In this document: piece by piece, positions 1 to 10,384 of the stretch | How positions within the stretch are numbered: the first letter of the stretch is position 1 | Layout: the number at the start of each line of letters is the position of its first letter | Assembly: GCA_034530615.2 (NCBI GenBank) | Contig: JAVRCV020000028.1 | Span: 32,001 to 96,000, forward strand | DNA from: Aulosira sp. ZfuVER01 | GTDB taxonomy: Bacteria; Cyanobacteriota; Cyanobacteriia; Cyanobacteriales; Nostocaceae | Reading direction: 5' to 3' | DNA: 64,000 bases | Translations under genes and position numbers: made by a program | Notes under the pieces: generated by a model | The model's database searches: none | The model's input: the letters and a program-made list of their open reading frames with translations, nothing else | What the model was told of the DNA's origin: nothing

Positions 1-259
1 CACTCCGGTGGGAGTTCCCCATCGGGTGCTGCTGACTAAAGTTGATACGCGGAGTTTGGGGGAAGCAGTTGAGGCACAAAACACTCTCATGCGATTAGGA
101 ATTCCTGCTTTTAAAACCTTTATCCGTGCCTATAAAGCGCACGAACGAGCAGCACTTGAGGGTGTACCCATTACTCAATGGCGAGGAAAACACGCACTGG
201 AAGCGGAATCTGACTATCGCCGTGTGGCCAATGAATTACAGCTTGACTGGAGGAAATAA
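1..259 (+). CDS. mcdA: ParA-family ATPase, C-terminal part (probable carboxysome-positioning McdA); 5' end outside window
   Basis: ParA C-terminal motifs RVLLTKVD...IRAYKAHERAALEGVPI...DYRRVANEL; its stop overlaps the next start (TAATG); the partner gene has McdB hallmarks. Confidence 0.7.
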   Translation, partial: TPVGVPHRVLLTKVDTRSLGEAVEAQNTLMRLGIPAFKTFIRAYKAHERAALEGVPITQWRGKHALEAESDYRRVANELQLDWRK

Positions 260-882
260 TGGTTAAGAAACGTCTCTCCGATTTATTACAAGAAGAAGCA
301 CAAAAATTTACCCCTCCCGAAGGTGAATCAGCTATCGAAGTTACTGCTGAAACAGTTAGCGAACAAAATGTGCCAGCAGCGGAAGAATTATCAACACAGA
401 CACCTGAACAATCAACTTCAGCTAGGCGTACAACTGCTACTAAGGCTGATTTAGAAGTAACCATCAAAGAGTTAAAAGAAACTCTTGAACAATCTCACCA
501 GAAGGAAGCCACTCTCCAAAAACAAGTTGTAGATTTACAATCAGCTGTATCTGAACAGAAAGCATTAGCAAAACGGCTGACGAAAGAGCTTGATGAAGCG
601 AAAAAAGCCGCATTGCACCTTGCAGAATCTAATTCCAAGCTTATAGAAGAAATTAACTCTTTAAAACAAGAAAAGGAAAAATTTGCCGAAGCTAACGCCA
701 AGCTTGTAGAACAAGTAGAACAAAGTAGCGCCTTGAAGCCACAACAGGAAACTTATAAGCCAGTCAAACAAACCTATCACCAAGATAACTACAGAAAATC
801 TTACCGAACTTCGGAAAAGCTAGCGACAACACAACCAGATGAATCTGAAGATACTTCTTCTCAAATGTGGTTACTGGACTAA
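259..882 (+). CDS. mcdB: Probable McdB carboxysome-positioning protein (coiled coil)
   Basis: Charged N-terminus MVKKRLSDLL, central coiled coil, Q/E-rich, Trp fourth from the C-terminus (QMWLLD), directly after a parA gene. Confidence 0.65.
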   Translation: MVKKRLSDLLQEEAQKFTPPEGESAIEVTAETVSEQNVPAAEELSTQTPEQSTSARRTTATKADLEVTIKELKETLEQSHQKEATLQKQVVDLQSAVSEQKALAKRLTKELDEAKKAALHLAESNSKLIEEINSLKQEKEKFAEANAKLVEQVEQSSALKPQQETYKPVKQTYHQDNYRKSYRTSEKLATTQPDESEDTSSQMWLLD

Positions 883-1003
883 AGTTTCAGCAAGTTAATA
901 GCGAAGAAACATTGTAAGTAGATTATCTCAGGGAATACCAAACAATAAAATATCCCATCTTAAAGAAGGTGCGTTAATGAAATAATGTACCTTCTTTATT
1001 AAA

Positions 1004-1834
1004 TTAATCCCACCAAAAGTACCAGACTTTTCTGTGTAGCAAGAGATTTGCTAATTTATTTAGGGTTTGTACTCCTTGGTCTACAATATCGTAGCAATAG
1101 ATATACTGTTCTTGAGCCAGTTGAAATGCAGCCTCACGATTTTTAGGAGGATGATTAACCCACATTTCTACAACATCATTGGTAATCCCAACTACCTCTG
1201 CACCATACTTCTGATGCCAATACTTCATCAGACAAACGTGTATTGCTGATTCAGGACAGTCATTCCAATTGCCAAACTTGAGAAAAGCCGGAACTTCCCA
1301 ACTCGATATTGTTGGAACTAATGCCAAAACTATGCTTGGATGTGGTAAACCAGTCAAAATATCATAGGGAATTGTGTATTTTTCATCAACAGCAGAAATC
1401 AGCTCGTTCCACTCACCTATTTCTGCTAATGTTAGTGGATCTAAAATTATATTTTTATCATATTCCCTAAAATATTTCCATTCTTCCCGTCGCTCTTGCG
1501 CTGTATTGTTCAGCCACTCGTTAGCATTTAAAGAAATTCCCTGTTTGATGATTTCAGCAATAGTTAAAGTTTGATCTGTTGAGGAATCGTGAGTGTAGAA
1601 TTGCAGAGTTTGTAAGTGAAATTCAACTTCATTTTGATTACCTAATAATAAAGGATAGTGTTCTGTCTCATCAACAAGCTGGCGAAGTTGCTGCCAAAAC
1701 TGAATAGCTTCAGAGCCGAGAACTCTCAATCCGTAAATCTTGTGTGAGTCAACTTGCCAAAGTAATTCTAGAGCATCCGAGTTCACACTATTTTTGGCTA
1801 ATGTGGCTTTTAGCTGGCTGTGATTGAGAACCAT
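1004..1834 (-). CDS. DUF4253-domain protein
   Basis: Motifs WEVPAFLKFGNWNDCP, YGAEVVG, EQYIYCYDIVDQG and terminal WYFWWD. Confidence 0.8.
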   Translation of the reverse strand: MVLNHSQLKATLAKNSVNSDALELLWQVDSHKIYGLRVLGSEAIQFWQQLRQLVDETEHYPLLLGNQNEVEFHLQTLQFYTHDSSTDQTLTIAEIIKQGISLNANEWLNNTAQERREEWKYFREYDKNIILDPLTLAEIGEWNELISAVDEKYTIPYDILTGLPHPSIVLALVPTISSWEVPAFLKFGNWNDCPESAIHVCLMKYWHQKYGAEVVGITNDVVEMWVNHPPKNREAAFQLAQEQYIYCYDIVDQGVQTLNKLANLLLHRKVWYFWWD

Positions 1835-1961
1835 AATGTTTACCTAGTTACCTGACATCCAGTTTCTACAAGTTAACTTTGTGTGTAAATCCTGATTTTC
1901 CAGACAGGGCGACCTATTCCGGTAACATGAGTAATTATCAATAAGTCTTAATCAATAGCTT

Positions 1962-2315
1962 ATGTCTTCTACTCCCCTAAAATTGAATCTAGTTGAAGGT
2001 TCTGTCTCTTTGAGTTTTTCACCTCAAGGCGCACAGGAATTAAAAGGAGCGTTGGATGAATTGATGGCTCGCCTCAAAACTGTGGCTGCTAAAACGACTC
2101 CAGGTAGCGGAAAAGTCACTCCTCAGGCTCCTGTCGAATATCGCTACACTGGTGAGGTATTTTTGGAAATTTTCTGTAATCCAAATATCTGGCCTACCCC
2201 CTTCGCTGCTAAAGTCCTACTCACCGTCCGTGATGTCAATATTCGTCTCACTACAGAGGCGGAATTGACTCGCGTGATTGAAGACGTTAATCAGTATTTA
2301 GAGCAAGTTGGCTAA
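1962..2315 (+). CDS. Conserved cyanobacterial hypothetical protein
   Basis: 117-aa ORF with FLEIFCNPNIWPTPFAAKVL motif, followed by a hairpin. Confidence 0.7.
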   Translation: MSSTPLKLNLVEGSVSLSFSPQGAQELKGALDELMARLKTVAAKTTPGSGKVTPQAPVEYRYTGEVFLEIFCNPNIWPTPFAAKVLLTVRDVNIRLTTEAELTRVIEDVNQYLEQVG

Positions 2316-2330
2316 GTTGGTTAAAAATTA

Positions 2331-2362
2331 CCGGAGCAGTCTACAATTGGAAACTGCCCCGG
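2331..2362. terminator. Hairpin, possible terminator between convergent genes
   Basis: ccggagcagt...actgccccgg imperfect stem. Confidence 0.4.
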
Positions 2363-2599
2363 TTAGGGAATGTACATACTATACTCAGATGGCGGCATCG
2401 GAAGTAAACAAAAACTAGGATGCCGATGCGATCGCTACTGGAAAAGTTGTATAAATTCGACTCTAATGCTTCTCTCTTAATGGGGGAATTGAAGATCCTG
2501 GATCGGAGTAATGTTAATTAAAACCAGAGATTATCCCTCAAATTTGGCTCTCAATCCAAAATCTGAAATTGAGTCAAAATCTGAAGTTGAGTTTATTGA

Positions 2600-2836
2600 T
2601 TAGTCGTTGTCCCATTCTTCACGACCAATCAGATCGCCAATGCGATCGCGTAACAAAAAGTCACATTTTTCTAACTCACATTCAACGCAAACCCACTCTC
2701 TCGCAGGGATGTATTGGCAGAGTGTATATATTGGCTGTTGCCGGCTGACCATTCCCTTCTGCACCAGTCGGCGTGCTTCGTCTTGAATTACATCTAGAGA
2801 GTAGTAACTGATAGAGGGCACCGTATTCACACTCAT
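2600..2836 (-). CDS. DUF4327-family small protein
   Basis: YSLDVIQDEARRLV...RQQPIYTLC...DFLLRDRIGDLIGREEWDND pattern. Confidence 0.8.
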   Translation of the reverse strand: MSVNTVPSISYYSLDVIQDEARRLVQKGMVSRQQPIYTLCQYIPAREWVCVECELEKCDFLLRDRIGDLIGREEWDND

Positions 2837-2925
2837 GATTTTTACTCACAAATTACACGTAGATAGTGTTCCCGATATTTACTTGGAACAAACATGACCA
2901 GAAATAGACTTGTAGCTAAGGTTTT

Positions 2926-2939
2926 GTAGTTTGCTATAC
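2926..2939. promoter_or_regulatory. Candidate NtcA site
   Basis: GTA-GTTTGCTA-TAC about 90 bp upstream of the DUF4327 gene; no canonical -10 box at 22-23 nt spacing seen. Confidence 0.3.
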
Positions 2940-3632
2940 GGAACTAATTTCATTTTGACGCTACATATCCTCAAATTATCTAAAGAAATGTTAATAAAGT
3001 CAACATATTCTGACATTAGTAGTCAATCTGCTTCATATAAGAATACCAGGGTAGTTAACATAACCTGCTATATAGATTTTTTGTTTTTGATTCAAAAAGG
3101 TTCAAAAGCAGGCAACAAAAGGCTTGAAGCATATTTGAGTAAATAGGAATAGTACATAGGAAACAACTCGGTACTGTAAAAGCTGGTCTAGTTTTGCTGC
3201 TAATTATCTAGATGAAAACCAGGCAGTAATCTCTGGCAAAAAGTCGGGTATAAACTATTGCCAAATATTAGGGCTAACGTACACCAGGAAACCTGACAGC
3301 CTCTCATCTGTTAATTATTTCTTAAAGAAATTCTTATTTGCCGTGTTAACTTAGGCACTTAATGCAACTCAAATTCTCTGTGGGATGATTTACTTTTAGG
3401 GTAGCAATAACTTGGGTGAAGCGATCGCTAATTACTCGTAATACAGACCAGGATAAATTGTTGAAAGTCTCTACAATTAGCGATCCCCGCATTACTACAA
3501 AGTAATTCCATCAATTCCCAGACACGAACAAAAACTACATTATTATGCATCTATGCAGAAGTAAAGGAACGATCCCCAAGAGATTGCAGTGTTTGCAGTA
3601 GGTTGAGAAGACTCAGACAAACAAACAATGTA

Positions 3633-3763
3633 TAAGTTAAGTCGGCAGAATGCACAAAACCATATTACGAAACGTAAACACACATAAAATCCTTACCAAT
3701 GACATAAGACAAATGACAAATAACGAGCTTCACTAGTTAGCTTTATTTGTGCCGATCTACTTA
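3633..3763. mobile_element. Degenerate MITE-like element
   Basis: Imperfect terminal inverted repeats taagttaagtcggca / tgccgatctactta with internal STRR-like gacaaat units. Confidence 0.4.
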
Positions 3764-3893
3764 AACTTATGCAAAACACTCTTCCCTAAAGCTATAGTCA
3801 CATTGAAACAGACGTTATCTAGTCACGTCTGTAAACTGGTTGGCGAATTTTCAGGGATTAATTGTTCGAGAAGTACTTTGTTGTTTAAGTCAC

Positions 3894-4316
3894 TTATTCC
3901 GAGATTTCATCATCATCTTTGTCTGCATTGCTGTCATCCTCTGCTGACAAATTTTCGGCTGGACGCTCATACTTGAGTTGGTTCAACAGCGTCAACACTC
4001 TTGTACCGCGTTCTAAAGAACGGTCTTCAATAAATATCACTTCTGGGGTGCGACGTAGCCTTACCCTAGCACCAAGCTCGCTGCGGACGTAACCAGTTGC
4101 CGATTTTAAGCCCGCCATTGTTTCAGCTTTGGCTTCTTCTGTGCCATAGATACTGACGTAGATTTTGGCGTGTTGTAAATCCCCAGAGACATCAACATCA
4201 GTCACACTGACCATTCCTGTACCCACACGGTCATCCTTAATGCCGTGAAGTAGCATTTGGCTAACTTCCCGTTTAATCAATTCAGCAACGCGGGAAACGC
4301 GGCGATTTGTAGCCAT
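3894..4316 (-). CDS. rbfA: Ribosome-binding factor A
   Basis: [30 protein letters not shown] and [10 protein letters not shown] motifs. Confidence 0.97.
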   Translation of the reverse strand: MATNRRVSRVAELIKREVSQMLLHGIKDDRVGTGMVSVTDVDVSGDLQHAKIYVSIYGTEEAKAETMAGLKSATGYVRSELGARVRLRRTPEVIFIEDRSLERGTRVLTLLNQLKYERPAENLSAEDDSNADKDDDEISE

Positions 4317-4423
4317 AAAAATTCTGCCTCCTCACAGAGGTTGTACAACATAACAATAGATAGAAATCAGGTAGGATAGTCCTTGCCCAACTGTCTGGAG
4401 GGCAAACCTCCTATAGCTCCAGC

Positions 4424-4630
4424 CTAGATTGTATTTAAGCCCAGCATGGCGCGGAGGGTGAAAGTAATGAAGGCTAGGCTACCAAAAAATAAACCTATGA
4501 GGGCAATCAAGGTGACTGGGCGTTTCAACAATGGAAACAAAGGCTCAAACGTGTTCAAAAAAATCCCAAAGATGATAGTAATCAAGTAGCGGGGGTAGCG
4601 CAGGACGTTATCCCAGAATCCGTCAAACAT
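4424..4630 (-). CDS. DUF751-family membrane protein
   Basis: FWDNVLRYPRYLIT...FTLRAMLGL; upstream of rbfA. Confidence 0.85.
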   Translation of the reverse strand: MFDGFWDNVLRYPRYLITIIFGIFLNTFEPLFPLLKRPVTLIALIGLFFGSLAFITFTLRAMLGLNTI

Positions 4631-4782
4631 TTATTTAGACTGCCTTGTTATAGACTATAAGTTTGTTTTGATATGCGTGTTTAATTCAATTGTAATCGAT
4701 AGGGCCTGAAAATTAATAAATTCCTATAAAATAGGATTCGTTAGTTTATAGTGGTTAGGTTTAGTAAGTAAGTTGCAATGAA

Positions 4783-5613
4783 ATAGTAAGCCAAATTCTT
4801 AAAGAAATTTGTCCAAGTCCCTCTTGGAAGTGGGCAAGTGGTAAAAGTCGGTTAATTCAGCAATATATTCCTTATTTGCCCATAAAATATCACACTTACT
4901 TTGAGACATTTATTGGTGGGGATGCCGTTTTTTTCTATCTTCAACCACAAGCAGTAGTTATTACTGATATTAATGCGGAATTGATTACTACCTATCGCTG
5001 CGTTCGAGATAAAGTTGAAGAATTAATTTCCTTATTAAAAAAACATAAATTTCGACATAATCGAGACTATTATAGCGTCAGAGCTAATCCTGGAAGCACC
5101 GATATAGAAAAAGCTGCGCATTTAATTTATCTGAATAAAATCTGTTTTAATGGACTTTACAGAGTCAATTCCAAGGGTCAATTTAATGTGCCCATAGGCA
5201 GATACGAAAATCCTAATATTTGTGACTAAGACTTACTGCGAGCAGCCTCAGCAGCCCTTACATCTACGGAAAATAAACAGGCTGATTTTGTATAACTGTT
5301 AAATTATGTAACCGATAGCGATGATTTTGTCTTTTGCGATCCGCTTTATCATTCTATAGGTAGTACTAGTTATTTTACAGGTTACAATCGTGATTCTTTT
5401 GATGAAGAAGACCAAGAAAGTTTAAAAGGTATTTGTGCTAAATTTCCTAATAGGGGTGTTAAAGTGATATATGTAATTCAGATTGTGAATTTATTAAATA
5501 TATATATAATATAATTAAGTTTAATATTTATTCCGATCGCGGCAGCAAGGTCGATTAATTCTAATACTAAAAAACGCGGCACGATCTACGAATTATTAAT
5601 CACTTCCTATTAG
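4783..5613 (+). pseudogene. Dam-family (GATC) DNA adenine methyltransferase pseudogene
   Basis: Reads IVSQ..KWASGKSRL..ETFIGGDAVFF..IYLNKICFNGLYRVNSKGQFNVP..CD*..FV*..DFVFCDPLY..ARSINS..ELLITSY*. Probable start now ATA, two in-frame TAA stops, DPPY changed to DPLY, 3' frameshifts. Confidence 0.9.
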
Positions 5614-6104
5614 CAATATTTATTTGCCCAGGCTATAAATCTATCTAAGCTGTAAACCCCTAATAAATTTCGATTATACTTAACCTGTTGCCTGAGCCAA
5701 TTAATTGCTCCTTCTCTCATCCCTTCACCGCCAATAACCACAATAGTTGGTGCTGGGTAAGAATTCTGAATATTCAAATTTAAATAAGGAAACTTTTCAT
5801 CAACAGAACCTCCACTTTCCTGCCATTTGCACTCGATAATTAACCCTGACGGGTTTGCTGATAAACCAACAACATAAAAATCAACTTTTAGGGCAGTTTG
5901 ATAAATTCCTGCACCAATATAAACCTGTTTTGCATAGCGTTTTGGCAATAAAGTCGCAGTTAAGAGAAATTCTTTTGTGACATGGTTTCCAATTTGGAAA
6001 TAATTATGTCCGTTCAAGACTGCTTCTATATTTCCTTCTAGAATATTTCCAGACTTATTTGCCCGTGCGCCTTGAGTCATAGTCATGCTGAATCCTTCTG
6101 CCAA
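5610..6104 (-). CDS. PD-(D/E)XK nuclease superfamily protein (restriction-endonuclease-like); start may be at MTQG
   Basis: KVDFYV...IIECKWQESGGSVDEKFPY motif; open frame; convergent with the methyltransferase pseudogene. Confidence 0.8.
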   Translation of the reverse strand: MAEGFSMTMTQGARANKSGNILEGNIEAVLNGHNYFQIGNHVTKEFLLTATLLPKRYAKQVYIGAGIYQTALKVDFYVVGLSANPSGLIIECKWQESGGSVDEKFPYLNLNIQNSYPAPTIVVIGGEGMREGAINWLRQQVKYNRNLLGVYSLDRFIAWANKYC

Positions 6105-6509
6105 AATCGCCTCTGATTCTAGGATTCCACGGCAGGAGTCACAGATGCTATGTTACTTAATATGAATTTTCAATTTTGCATCAAAAAAGCTGAATTAAAA
6201 GATAGAAACTTGAATTTTTTTAGTACTTTTGTACCAATTTATCTTAATAATTTTTGATTACTGTATAACAGTTACTTCACCCCCATTACTCTCTTTTGTA
6301 ATCAGAAGGTACGGAGGTAAAGTTACATATTTGATTTTTTTCCACGAGATGAATTTGATAGGAGATTAAATCAGAGAAAGACAGACGAGATGGCTGAAAA
6401 CCCGATACCAATTTACTTTTACTGCTACATTTGAAGATTCATCAACGGGAGCAGGGAAGGAAGGTATGGGGAGATGTAGATGCCTGAAAGGCGGCTTTAG
6501 TAGGGTAGG

Positions 6510-6543
6510 GGACAAGGAGGACAAGGGAGACAAGGGAGACAAA
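6510..6543. repeat. Short tandem 9-mer repeats (gacaaggga)
   Basis: gacaaggag gacaaggga gacaaggga gacaaa. Confidence 0.7.
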
Positions 6544-6571
6544 TAACTCTATTGCCTTCTTAACCATTGAC

Positions 6572-7792
6572 TCAGCCTGTCTGAGCTTGAGTATTACCGT
6601 TGCGGATAGCCCATGCGAGGTCTAACAGTTGAGTCCAACGCTTTTGCAGTTGTTTGGGGGTGCATTTGAGGGTTTTGGCGATCGCCTGATCGCTGTGGCG
6701 TGCAGTTTTTAATTGTAAAATTTGCTGTTGTTGTTCTGATAGCAGACCTAAAAATGTTTGCCACTGTTGAGCAGAAAGACCCAATCTATGCTCTAAACCT
6801 GCGCCTAGCCATTGATGTACCAATTGCCATTGATGTTGCTTGGCAAACTTTTCTACATGGTATTTAAAACGCTGTTGCAGGTAGTCACGCTGACGGCTGC
6901 TCAAACCAAGAATTTGGTCAATTTCTGGTGCAGAAAGGTCTTGCAGCTTCAGAGTGAGGTAATCTACACAGTCGGATTGACCTTGTGATTCTAAATAATT
7001 GATTAATTCTGCAATTACGCGATCGCGTTCTGATTCTTCTGAGGGATCGAAGTTATTTTGCGCGATCATCTGCGATCTTAGCTGTTGCACCGCCGAGTTA
7101 CGCTGGTAAGCTTCGCCTTCTTCACTCTTAGCCGACTCTACCGCCATTTCGATATCTACGGTAGTTTCTTGCGGTTGGCGACGGGCAAAACCTTGGGCGC
7201 GTAAGATAATTAACTGCTGACTAGCACTCCCAGGTAAATTGATGCGGCGCTTGGCATATTGTTCTGTAAATGCCATGTATTCCGCTAATTGCAGCTGAGT
7301 GCGGGGCGTGTAATCTTCAGCTAGTTCGTTTTCCCGACGGAAAGCTTTGATAGCTTCGATATAAAATGCTTGTAAAAAATCTTCAATCAGGTTGTAACGT
7401 CCCTGAAATCCCATATCTGAGCCGGAAATAGTAACGTGGCGATAAACCATAGCACCCAGATTGCTATGTAATTCTACACGTCCTCTGCGCGAACCTAATT
7501 GGTAGTAACGCAGACACTTTTGCAAACGATGTCTTGCTAGCGTCAACTGCCAAGATTGGATTTCTCCTGATGTTTGGATGCGGGTGCTTTTATCACAAAT
7601 GCGTTCCACTTCTCTAGCTATACGTTTCGCTACCGCTTGCACACACCCAGGTGCAGCTTTTACTTGAGCTTGGATTTCTTCTAAGAGCAGTTGCATCAGA
7701 GTATCGATGTTGCTGGCTGTTACTTCTGTGGTTGAAGCGTGGAAGTTAAAAGCGGATGTAGAGATTGGCAGATTAGCAAGGTTAGCTTTCAT
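6572..7792 (-). CDS. HetZ-related protein (start likely MKANLAN)
   Basis: LARHRLQKCLRYYQLGSRRGRVELHS, IEDFLQAFY, LAEYMAFTEQY, RQRDYLQQRFKYH: HetZ-family motifs with a C-terminal HTH-like region. Confidence 0.8.
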   Translation of the reverse strand: MKANLANLPISTSAFNFHASTTEVTASNIDTLMQLLLEEIQAQVKAAPGCVQAVAKRIAREVERICDKSTRIQTSGEIQSWQLTLARHRLQKCLRYYQLGSRRGRVELHSNLGAMVYRHVTISGSDMGFQGRYNLIEDFLQAFYIEAIKAFRRENELAEDYTPRTQLQLAEYMAFTEQYAKRRINLPGSASQQLIILRAQGFARRQPQETTVDIEMAVESAKSEEGEAYQRNSAVQQLRSQMIAQNNFDPSEESERDRVIAELINYLESQGQSDCVDYLTLKLQDLSAPEIDQILGLSSRQRDYLQQRFKYHVEKFAKQHQWQLVHQWLGAGLEHRLGLSAQQWQTFLGLLSEQQQQILQLKTARHSDQAIAKTLKCTPKQLQKRWTQLLDLAWAIRNGNTQAQTG

Positions 7793-8159
7793 AACTTTTA
7801 CTAGGAGTGGTATTGCACCGTTATAACAATGTCCGTTCAGCACCTGAGTCTAGTCTTGGTTGATAAATTGGGTATTCATCCATCAAGACTCGCTGTGAGC
7901 AGTGCTCACATATATGACTGTACGAAATCTGAAAAAGTTACAGGTTAGCATTGTGTCGGTTTTTTCACAAGCAACCTCATCCAGGTGGCACAGAGGTATT
8001 GACCATGTTCTCAAATTGGCCCAAAACGATTACTGTGGCGAACTTTGTCGTCATCCGTTTCTACCTGCTTTTGGCCCCTGTAATTAGGACAATTGTTAAA
8101 CTGGAGCTTCTTTACTTAGATTTTCCGAAATTGAGGAATTAGCTTGTGAAGTTTAGTGA

Positions 8160-8816
8160 CTAAACCCATGCTGCTGCTGCTTCCCAACCTAAACCTCGTC
8201 TTGTAATCATTGGTTGATCTCCCGTCAAATCCAAAATTGTAGACACATCATATGTAGGTTCCTCGCCAGTGTCCACAATTACATCTACTAAGTTATCTAA
8301 ACGGTCAAACAGTTCCACCTGAGACAGACTAGATTTTGGATTGGCTCCGCTCCCATCACCTACCTCATCTGGCGGCAGATGAGCCGAAGTGGAAATAATG
8401 GGATTACCTAGGGCTGTCAGCAATGCCAAACATACAGTATGGTCTGGAACTCGAATACCTGTAGTTTTGCGTTTGGGGTTTTGCGCTAGTCTTGGTACCA
8501 ATTTAGTAGCAGGTAATAAAAATGTGTACGGTCCTGGAATTAGGCGCTTCATTATTCGATAAGCTGTATCACTTACGAAGGCATAAGTTGCCACATTTGA
8601 TAATGAAGGACACAAAAATGTCAGCGGTTTGTCATTCGCTAGCTGCTTAATTTGCCGTACTCGTTCCACCGCCGATTTGGCATTTAAATCACAACCAATT
8701 GCATAGACCGTATCAGTAGGGTAGAGCATTACTGCGCCGCTAGAGAGTGCCGATTTTATTTCCTCTATACGGCGGATTTGAGGATTATCAGGATGGACTG
8801 TGAAAATTTTTGCCAT
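8160..8816 (-). CDS. Sua5/YciO/YrdC-family (threonylcarbamoyl-AMP synthase-like) protein
   Basis: YPTDTVYAIGC, PGPYTFLL, GIRVPD, ISTSA and STILDL motifs. Confidence 0.92.
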   Translation of the reverse strand: MAKIFTVHPDNPQIRRIEEIKSALSSGAVMLYPTDTVYAIGCDLNAKSAVERVRQIKQLANDKPLTFLCPSLSNVATYAFVSDTAYRIMKRLIPGPYTFLLPATKLVPRLAQNPKRKTTGIRVPDHTVCLALLTALGNPIISTSAHLPPDEVGDGSGANPKSSLSQVELFDRLDNLVDVIVDTGEEPTYDVSTILDLTGDQPMITRRGLGWEAAAAWV

Positions 8817-9016
8817 AAAAAATTTGGGAAGAAAAATTGGGGGTTGTACATTGTCAGAAAAATATAAAATTGAATACTAGATCGAGTGGCAGTAAATACG
8901 ACTATATTAAGGCTGTTAATCAGGAATAATCAGTTATTCAGGTGTCAGTCGGCAGTTATTAGCTTGTGTACTGTGTACTGTTAACTGATTACTATGTACT
9001 GATGAGAAATTCATAT

Positions 9017-10288
9017 ATGACCAAAGTTGCTTATCTTCAATGTCCATCGGGGATTGCCGGTGATATGTGTTTGGGAGCGTTGGTAAGTCTGGGTGTTCCT
9101 TTAGAGTATTTAGTTGAAAAACTCAACAAATTGGGCATTCAACAGGAGTACCAGTTAAGGGCAGAACTTGTCCAGCGTCATGGTCAGCAAGCGACTAAAG
9201 TCCATGTGGATTTAGCACACGAACATGAACACCATAACCACGAACACCACCACCATCATGCACGCCTTTTGCCAGAAATTGAGCGGATGATTCTTCAAGC
9301 AGAGTTGCCACCAAGGGCAGAAGCTTGGAGTTTGGCAGTATTTCGGCAACTAGCAGTCGCAGAAGGTGCTGTCCACGGTATAGCCCCAGAAAAGGTTCAC
9401 TTTCATGAGGTGGGTGCTGTGGATGCGATTGTGGATATTGTCGGCACTTGTTTGGGGTTAGATTGGTTGGGTGTTGCCAGTAATGACGAAGGATGGCCTC
9501 TACTCTACTGTTCAGCGTTTCCCACAGGTGGGGGAACAGTCCGCGCTGCACATGGACAAATGGCAGTACCCGTACCCGCAGTTTTGAAGTTGTGGGAAAT
9601 GCGGGGTTGTCCAGTTTATAGCAACGGTATTGAACGAGAATTAGTAACACCTACAGGAGCCGCGATCGCTACTACTCTAGTCAGAGACTTTGGTTCGCCA
9701 CCACCAATCACTATTCAGCAAGTAGGATTGGGAGCAGGTTCGATAAATTTGCCCATCCCCAATATACTAAGGCTCTGGCTGGGTGAAAGCAGCAGTTTAC
9801 AGTCAGATTTTACCAAAAATGGCGATACAAGCCCAAGTTTAGAAACTATTTCTGTTCTCGAAACCCAAATTGATGACTTAAACCCCCAAGCAATTGGCTA
9901 TGTATTTGATGCATTGTTTGCGGCGGGTGCAGTAGATGTGTTTACTGTGCCTATAAGCATGAAAAAATCCCGTCCGGGGATATTGCTAACTGTGATTTGT
10001 CATCCAGAAAATTTACCTAACTGTGAAGCAGTTTTATTTCGGGAAACTACAACTTTAGGAATTCGCCGCACAACTCAGCAACGCGCCATCTTAAAACGGG
10101 AAATTCAACAGGTAGAAACTGAATATGGTACAGTGCGTGTCAAGGTAGCTTGGCAGAAAAAAGATGCGATCGCTAACGTGCAGCCAGAATACGAAGATTG
10201 TGCAGAATTGGCACGCAAACATAATATTCCCTGGCGGGAAATTCAGCGGCTAGCATTACACAATTGGTATTTGCAAAGACCGAATTGA
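9017..10288 (+). CDS. larC: Nickel pincer cofactor nickel insertase LarC
   Basis: GIAGDMCLGAL, His-rich tract, HFHEVGAVDAIVDI, ELVTPTGAA, ETQIDD, MKKSRPG, PEYEDC. Confidence 0.93.
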   Translation: MTKVAYLQCPSGIAGDMCLGALVSLGVPLEYLVEKLNKLGIQQEYQLRAELVQRHGQQATKVHVDLAHEHEHHNHEHHHHHARLLPEIERMILQAELPPRAEAWSLAVFRQLAVAEGAVHGIAPEKVHFHEVGAVDAIVDIVGTCLGLDWLGVASNDEGWPLLYCSAFPTGGGTVRAAHGQMAVPVPAVLKLWEMRGCPVYSNGIERELVTPTGAAIATTLVRDFGSPPPITIQQVGLGAGSINLPIPNILRLWLGESSSLQSDFTKNGDTSPSLETISVLETQIDDLNPQAIGYVFDALFAAGAVDVFTVPISMKKSRPGILLTVICHPENLPNCEAVLFRETTTLGIRRTTQQRAILKREIQQVETEYGTVRVKVAWQKKDAIANVQPEYEDCAELARKHNIPWREIQRLALHNWYLQRPN

Positions 10289-10384
10289 TATCCTGTGTAG
10301 TGAAGGACTATACAGGCTTTGCTATATCTTGAATGCTCAACTGAGCGCTTAAAATGCGATCGCGTCACTACAAAAATAAAAAAC

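Noticed and set aside
2931..3146. Short AT-rich ORFs in intergenic regions (also 11794-12042 and 19954-20193)
   Set aside because: No recognisable motifs or clear RBS; one overlaps a dispersed repeat.
6572..7792. Calling this gene hetZ itself
   Set aside because: The N-terminus differs from HetZ as I recall it and no patU is adjacent; better treated as a paralogue.
9017..10288. larC without larA/B/E as a novel system
   Set aside because: Unlinked lar genes are common in cyanobacteria; the ORF looks ordinary.
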